DNA of 64,000 nt from Eledone cirrhosa (lineage: Eukaryota), in assembly GCA_964016885.1 (NCBI GenBank), contig OZ024740.1, forward strand, positions 377,766,001 to 377,830,000, in the 5' to 3' direction. This document shows positions 56,017-64,000 of the stretch, in pieces. The notes beneath the pieces were generated by a model. It saw only the letters and a list, made by a program, of their open reading frames with translations. It had not been told where the DNA came from and did no database searches. Position numbers and translations under genes: made by a program. Position 1 is the stretch's first letter. The number at the start of each line of letters is the position of its first letter.

Positions 56017-57309
56017 CGTTCAATTTCCAACGTATCTAAGAGTGCATCTACACCATTATGTTCATTCCATTCAAAGTATCTCACAACTGTAGCTAAAATT
56101 TGGGTAAGTGGAATAAATGTTCAATCCTGATTCATACACGAAAGTTTAGTTCTTTTCATTATAATGTTTCCAACACGCTTACTGACTCGAAATGAAAAAA
56201 GAGCAACATAAAAAGAAGACGCGAAAATTATGTATCCATTTGGACACCTGTTAAGCATAGAAGTATATGTATGTGTAGCGAAATCCAAGTGAGCACATAA
56301 TGGGAAAGTCCAAGCTGACTATTCAAACTTTATTGGAGAGAATTAGTTCCAGTGCCATGTTTGTCAGAAAATTTACAAATCAGGTGGTGGATTGAAGCAA
56401 CATCTGAACATACACAATAAGCAAACTCAAAGTGGAAACAAGGACGAAATGAGACATTTCACAGGATTTCAGGACTCAAAAGCCATTTGAGATCTCATGC
56501 CAGGAAGGGACATAAAGTGCAAGAAGTGGTCAAGCTTTATATGAATGTGTATGTAAATGTGTTAATATGTATATGTACGTCTTTTTTTTATGTGTCATTA
56601 TGCCCAGTAAAAATACACAAATAATTGTTTCTACTTTTGACACAAGGCCAGCAATTACCCAGTGCATTACTTTATTTTATCGACCCCGTAAGGATGAAAG
56701 GCAAAGTTAACCTCGGCGGGATTTGAACTCAGATCATAAAGGGGCATAACTCTTTGCTGCAAAGCATGGCGTCCGACCCTCTACCGATACTGCCAAACCA
56801 AAATAATGCACAAAGTTTAGTCTATGAATCAAATGTATACAAACTACTGAACAGACGAATACATAATAAAAAAAATCTCATAAAACAGAACACAAAACGC
56901 ATCAAACCAAATCATAAGTACAAATAATACAATACAAATGTAGTAAAATCAAAAACACCTTATCAACACTCTAACACTAGCATATAAGATCAAGAACTAG
57001 CTATAATTGGTTTCTAAATTCGACTGTAAAAATGAAACTTATAAACTTCATGACTCCAAATGTCACATTGGCAATATAAGTACATCACTCTTCTCGTAGG
57101 TTCACTACACTAGAGTATAAAGGTCGGTAGGAAAGTGTTAGCAGACAATGCATCCACATTGTATAGAATTACCCACCAAGCGTTATTCATATCTTGACAC
57201 GATGCTAAAATAATCATACAAACAACATACATGTCACAAATAAAATCAACACGTGATTGATGATGTCTCAAAATTTTTTATGGTAAACTCTACATATATC
57301 AAGAGACTC

Positions 57310-57800
57310 TTTCGGCCTCCAACCGCTGTCCTGTCGCTACAGAGCCGGCCGTCTTCCACGCCATGCTGCCCCCAACGAGATCATAAAGTATGGATTGGAT
57401 GCTGCAGGGTTCTTCTCCCAGCTCGAGCCGGCAGGACTGGACCGAGGGGACGGCAAAAAGCCAGACAGGGTGACTATCTTCCCGTTCCACGGTTGTAAAC
57501 CCCTCTTCTGGGATGCCACATGCAGCGACACTTTCTCCAGCGGCAACCTAGTGCAGTCTGCGACTAATCCAGGCTCTTTTGCACTTCGGGTCGGGGAGGG
57601 TAAACTCTCCAAATATCGGTCGCTTTCCGACAGGTTTGCGGTCGAGCCCGTGGCAGTGGAGACTTCAGGTGTCTTTGACCCTAGGACCACCGCCCTACTT
57701 ACTACCATCGACACGGAGTTGGCTACTCGCAGGTTTGAGCCTCGCCAGCTGGAATGGCTCTTCCAAAGCGTCTTCCTCACCATCCTCCGGGGAAAAGGCC
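57310..57800 (+). mobile_element. CRE-like non-LTR REL endonuclease fragment; second fragment 58420-58620(-)
   Basis: RHAA.NEII, EPAGLDRGDGKKPD.VT..P...KPLFWDATC, KY..L, PVAVETSG, LFQSV...ILRG. Confidence 0.8.
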
Positions 57801-60800
57801 GGGACCGCGGGTGGCCAGGGTGTGGGCTTCCATTCGCATATATTCGCATATAATAGTGAGAGATGGGGAGAGCGAGAGGGGCGTGTGCAGAAGTTGCATC
57901 TAATGACAAAAAACCCACACAATCTTTGACAACTTTATGAGGAATTGCAAAAGATGTGATGGATAAATGATGTTGAACATAGGTTTTCTAATGAACCAAA
58001 CAAAGATAGGAAAGAATTTTAATGGAAGACGTCCAAGAGCAAGTTCACAATCGCATACTATAAAAGCCATTGTGTATAGTTAAGTAACGAATACTTTCCG
58101 TTTGGGGGTTTCTCCAAAGGAAATAACCATAAATCAAAAGGTCAGATGATCGAGCAAACTATGGCATGTCACCGTGCTGGGAAATGATATGGTTGATAAA
58201 CATTTCTTTAAACAAGCAGCCGTTTTATTGTTAAGGGCCCAAGTAAAAACAATTTAATAGAAAAAGAAAAAAATAGAATGAGAAGAAAGAATGGACTGTA
58301 AAATAAGAAAATATAAAAAAAACGGAAAAGGAAAGGAAAGGCAAGGGCTCTAGTTTCACAGAAGAATGGGAATTGGGAAGGTGAAAGGGAGAGGGTGATG
58401 GGCTCTGGGCCTAGGGCGTGGCGGTAATGGGGTTGCGCCCCGCGGACAATAGCCAGCGATACCCACTTCAACAGCCACCCCACCTGCGAGGCTCCTTCGT
58501 CAGACGGGTCGCCGACGTTCCGATCTTGCGGGGGAGCTCGGCAGTACGGGGTCTAAGTACAGCTGATGTCTCAACGGCGACCGGTGCGAAGAGGAAGCGG
58601 TCAGACAATCCCCGGTCACGAAGAAGTTCCTGAGTGGACGGTTGTTCGTCTTCTTGAAACCATAGATGTCCTGTATTAATGACACAATGAAACGTCTGTT
58701 TAATTTTAGGAAAAGGAAGTTGTGCCACCTGAACACATATCGATCAGGATTCACTGTAACTGCATGTCCGCTCTCTTCAGAGAAATATGAGCCTATCACA
58801 GCAAAGTTTTACCATATATCACCACACTGTTACACGTTTAAGGCTAAGAGGATACTTATGAAGTCGTGAATTGCTATCCGACCAATAGCGAACAACTAGC
58901 AAGACACCATCAATTTTTAACAGTAATATCCCGTTTAGCGCTGATTCGAATTGGCGTACTTTTTCTTTGGATACAATATATTAAGTGTGATAGCACTATT
59001 AATGCACCAGTAATGTACTGTGATAATTGCTGGCCTTGTGCCAAAAGTAGAAACAATTATTATATTATTATTATGGCAGTATCGGTAGAGGGTCGGACGC
59101 CATGCTTTGCAGCATAGAGTTACAGCCCTTTATGATCTGAGTTCAAATCCCACCGAGGTTATCTTTGCCATTCGTCCTTACGGGGTCAATAAAATAAAGT
59201 ACCAGTCACGCATTGGAGTCGATTTAATCGATTGTCCCCTACCCCCAAATTGCTGGCTTTGTGTCTATATAAGAAACCATTATTATAATAATTCTAGATT
59301 AATATATATAACACAATGGTTCACACTCATGCATACTCTAACATTAACCCAAGTTGTTCACACGATTGCCTGCAACTTCAAGTGCTGAAAATTCATTTCA
59401 CGCACTGAAAAAAGGCATCATACAGGATACAAAACTGCATGTGTTGAAGTGACTTGAACCTGGCAAATGTCAAGAGTATGTGCGTTTTATAGTAGATTAG
59501 AAATATGCGGACAAAATGAAAATCTCTGTCATCACGACCCCATCGTTATCAGCAAAGGAGGTAACTCGTGTAAGAAGTCAAATATTTGATAAAGTGGAAA
59601 ATATTTTTGCTATAAGGATGGATGACGAATCACTATGCAACTAAGCCAACTTATAATGCAAAAGCAAGGAACATGTTTAGGCACTCACAAGGAGATAATA
59701 ATTCAGAAGATATCATAAATCACAATAGGCTGAAACTGTTTTATTAGCCTCTTTCTACCAGACATTAATCAGAGTACTTTCGGTTTCAAACGGTATTTGA
59801 TGTGTTTTTAGATTTCACTGTAGCATCAACACTTTTATATGAAAATCTCTAATAAAATGCTTAATCGACTAACATTTAAACCATTTCATGGTCTTTCTTT
59901 CAGTGTCTGTAAAATTTGATTTATCACAACATTAAGATTGAAAGTTGCCCCTGTAAAATCGTTTACCTCCTCATCCTCTAGTAAAGCTGTAATATTTTAA
60001 GTTTTGTAATTGGTATCCTTCATGACTTCATATGTTAGATTACTACAAGTAATCTAACATATGTCATCTATTAATTTTCTTCCGAGATGTTGACAGCATG
60101 TAACACAAACATGGTTTTAACATATTCCTACAGAACAATCCCGACTGTCGATAACTTTTGGTGGTGAAATTCACAACTAACAAGTAAGTTATGGCTGAAG
60201 GCTGTCGGTAAGAATAGAAGTTCTTTAAAATTATACAAATCCTCGTATCCTCATCATGAAGATAAGTTTTATCAAGTTTATCTGTTATAAGTTTGAGACC
60301 AGTGTTTGTATAAATATCCCAATTTCTAGGTCGCGAATACATTCACGAATGTTTGGAAGTAATGAGAAGAACACAGCAAGACATTGCTTCGTTTTTGGCA
60401 GATTGATATAAAGAGGCAAAATATCCAACGAATTGATTTGCATAAGATATCTGGCCTTGAAACTAGTAGCTATCAAACATGTATAGACTTACTATTGCTA
60501 GGGATCCTAACTGTAAATTTATATATTACATGACTAATTTGGGACGTAGCATGACCGAATGGATGAGAAGTTCACATCACGTGGCATCCTTGTTCAAGTA
60601 TCATTTAACATAACTTCGAGTCGACTCACGCTTTGTGAGTGAAATTGGGGGAATGGAAACTGTTCGGAAGCCTGTCAGATGGACTGAACTCGTAATTCAA
60701 AGAGCCAACCTCGTCACACACTGTGTCACACTGAATATCCCCGAGAATTACGTTAAAGGCACACGTGTCTGTGGACTGCACTTACACGTTAATTTCATGA

Positions 60801-61529
60801 GCAGGCTGCTCCGTTGATCGAACAAATGGAGCACTCATCATCGAAATCGATGAAGGTCCATTCTATTCTACATCACTGTTGAGACAGTTCTCATCTAACG
60901 GACAATTGTTCTTATTTATGCAATTGCAGTTTGCTGCTACAACTTTTGTTGATTGCATGTGTCATAATTCACTAATTTACCTACATTAGTAACCCAATGT
61001 TCTGTGCAAGTTGGGGGTAATAGAATAAAACAATTTAACAGTATTTTATGTTAAAGATCCTATAATGCCCCCTGCTCTAAAGTTAAGTGCTTCTTAGCTA
61101 TTGCTCTGGTCATTTCCATATTATATGGTAAGTTATATCAACTAATATGTCTCGTTATTTTCATTATTATACGCTCGTATTTAATAAACTACTCCACTTC
61201 GAGTTAATGCCTCGAAAGTATTTTTTCTATTTCGCGGCAACGTATTCTTTCGTTGGAATTCATTTGTTCTTTCTAATTGGAAAAAATGCATAACGTTAAT
61301 GTTTGAATTTATTTAAATATGATACACATGTTTCGGAAAAGGATGAAATAATTTGAAATGATTTCTCTACTACATCGTCTAAAAATCGCCTTTGAGAAAA
61401 ATCAGAGATTTCTTTATAATACATATGTATTGAGTCCTTTTTGATTTTCATCTCCTTAACCACTTAAATAACACACACACACACACATACACACGCGCGC
61501 GCGCGTGCACACACACACATATATACACC

Positions 61530-62630
61530 TTTTTCGTTGGTTTCTCGTTGATTGGTGGTATCTGGGTACTGCTGCCAATTGTAAAGTGGAACCTGTGGGT
61601 GATCTTTCCTTTCATCAGCACAAGAGATCTGAACTTGATGCCTATGTGAGTTCAGGTGATCAGCTCTTTAAATTTCACCTGCCGTCCGGGACCGATGTTG
61701 ACACAGTTAGGTCATTCCTAAAGGCTCTTATCGGGGATTGCCGGACAACAGACCCTCTTCACTGCAGTTCAACAGACTTCACCAGACTTCATAGCAAGTA
61801 CGAAAAGGTTACTGAAATGGTGCATCTAATAATTATTCTCCTTTCGAACTTTTACCACTCCGAGATTGTAGACCCAGCAGAGACACTCTGACTAAAAGAG
61901 CTATAATAGTCCAAAATTAAGTCTCTGAATTTGTCTGGGATATGATGCCCGCTTCCAAGCCCTCACACCAGTTGGGTTCCTTTCTGTCATAGCTGGTGCC
62001 GGCGGATTAAGCAAGAGCTTACAGTGTCCCAAGTCCTATACTATTCCACGGATTCTTTACTAAAGGTGTTTCTGAGGTGACGGTCGATCTCAGTTTTAGA
62101 GCAGGCGATCTAACCACTGGGATTCACCTTATGAATCACCCAGCCCTCATGAGGGTCAAGAGTTTCTCGCAAAGAATACTCCGCAGTTCAATAAGAGGTC
62201 CCTTCATCGCTCTCTTGCCTCTTTGAACTACGGCTTCGAGCTCTTCATTTTTTTTTTTTTTTTTTTAGCCGATGGATTCTACTGGCCCTGTTTCTCATGG
62301 TGTAGAGAAGCTTTGTTGCTTTCTTCTTCTTCTCTATTCTGAAATTCCCTGCTGCTAGATTGCTGATGATGATGGCCATTGTCTGACGGCGTTGATTAGC
62401 ATTATTTTTAGCCGTTGTTTCTAAGATGGACTTGACATTTCTGTAGAACTGGAGTCACCCATTTTCCTTGTTAACGTGAGGCCATTTTATCCGGTGACGT
62501 TCCGTTTCTGTACGTGAGTGTGGGCTTGCAACTCCTGGATATTCCGGGAACTGTATGTTAACTCCAGCGTCCCACCAGGGTTGGTTCCAGTGCACTATAA
62601 CGCTAGCAATCAGAGCTTGTCTTAGGAGAT
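61530..62630 (-). mobile_element. Hero-like (R2 group) non-LTR relic
   Basis: RIKWP, ELRSIL.EKLLTL.RA, KFRSLVLMKGK...FTIG...IPPINEKP; fragmented. Confidence 0.55.
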
Positions 62631-63450
62631 GTGGAGCAGACCTATCAACTCTCCCCGTCCGACGGGGAGACCTACCACCCACTTTGAGGTGGGTGAAAGA
62701 TATCTTCTCTTGTGAAAATGAGTATATCTTTCATTATGTAAAATCTCCCCATTTTGCTTCATTTCTCCCCATTCGGGGGCACTTTTTTCATGGTACCCCA
62801 CTTTGGGGTTTTTAGAGGTTGGCTGGTCTGGCAGGGTCCAATTGGGTTTATAATCTATATTGCAAAACATTATTGTGTGTAGTTGACGAGCCGAGAGCAA
62901 ATTACTCTAGCACGGGATTTTCTTAGGTGCAGGGCTCAATTGGGAGTAATTAGTCAAACTGGCTTCAGGCCTGGTGTATTAGCATCGTCTGCACGCATTT
63001 CATTTTGATCTGGTGGATCTTCACACTATGCAGGTTCTTCTCCCTGCGTCGTTAGAGACGATTTGAGAAAAAAGAGAAAGATAAAGAAATTGAAAATATT
63101 TACATATATATATTTTAAAGTTGAAAATAGATAAATATATAGAAAAAAAAATAGGAATTAAGAAATGGAATATACATTTTCCTTTATGTATTTTTCATTG
63201 TTCAAACGATATCAGCAATTGCTCTTCATTCATAAGTTATCTGTGGCGTCCTAAGGAAGACGGACAGAGGTGACATGCTGTGAACTATATTAACAGATGG
63301 TATATCGAATTTTTCTTTCGGCCTTATTCCTTCATTAGAGACTTTTGTTGCAGTTTCCAAACTATTTCAATAGTTTGGAAATTTTCGTTGAGCCCCTTTG
63401 TGAGTTACACTTAAAATGAATTAATGTCCACAGACACACACACACATATA

Positions 63451-63531
<81 letters not shown>

Positions 63532-64000
63532 TGGTGGCTGCCAACTCGTTTTCGAGTACGGCCACTACTTTATATCCATGTATGAGAACCCCTACCGATG
63601 CGCTGAACGAGTGTGACTTTTCAGTCCAGCCAGCGACTTGAAAACTCTGGTACAAACACTACACTTGTGACAATTATTGACACATAGTGCTGGGCCCATG
63701 GTACCATGTGACGACAAGTGCAGAGAGATCTCCAGATATAAAGCAATGCTTGTGCCGTGAAGCTTTTATAGTGAGCAAAGGCACTGCACAAAGCCAGTCC
63801 CACTCTCTTAACCAAGATGGTATTTACCAAAAAGAAGAACAATTCAACATCATTGGATACCATCAGAGTTGCAGGTGTTATATCAGAGTTTTCCTTCTCC
63901 TAGAATTCTGCCTTGACAAAGGCTAAGGGGTCATCTCTCCCGGTGATTTTGGATGGCCACTGACTCTTAAGAGCTCCTTTGCCCTTTGAAAGGTTTTGTT
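63532..64000 (-). mobile_element. Near-identical copy of the 9648-10229 element (runs off the window)
   Basis: Collinear match with few substitutions; follows a (TA)n(CA)n tract. Confidence 0.85.

Noticed and set aside
56340-56500. C2H2-like motif CHVCQKIYKSGGGLKQHLNIH as a host zinc-finger exon
   Set aside because: Surrounded by stops and frameshifts; more consistent with a decayed LINE C-terminal zinc finger.

Overview
AT-rich, microsatellite-dense animal DNA; the repeat types suggest a cephalopod (octopod), which is an inference. One host gene is supported: RFC2 (replication factor C subunit 2), 9 coding exons at 35771-48133 (+), 347 aa, all introns GT-AG. The rest is a transposon mosaic: two Penelope-like elements (PLEs; RT and/or C-terminal GIY-YIG), a CsRn1-type Ty3/Gypsy nested in an RTE LINE, R4/Dong-, CRE-, Hero- and RTE-type non-LTR relics, two Helitrons, TTAA MITEs, hAT and Tc1/mariner relics, and many tRNA-derived SINEs. 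The main unannotated signal is a dense set of minimal type I hammerhead ribozyme (HHR) motifs: about eight unrelated sequence families plus copies within 15.2-28.0 kb. Most have palindromic helix III and sit in small non-coding, terminally redundant or fold-back units inserted into (TA)n tracts. Three lie nested inside the microsatellite of a PLE 3' UTR. This looks like a PLE-driven, microsatellite-targeted retrozyme-like system. All structures were read by eye; no folding or database searches were run.
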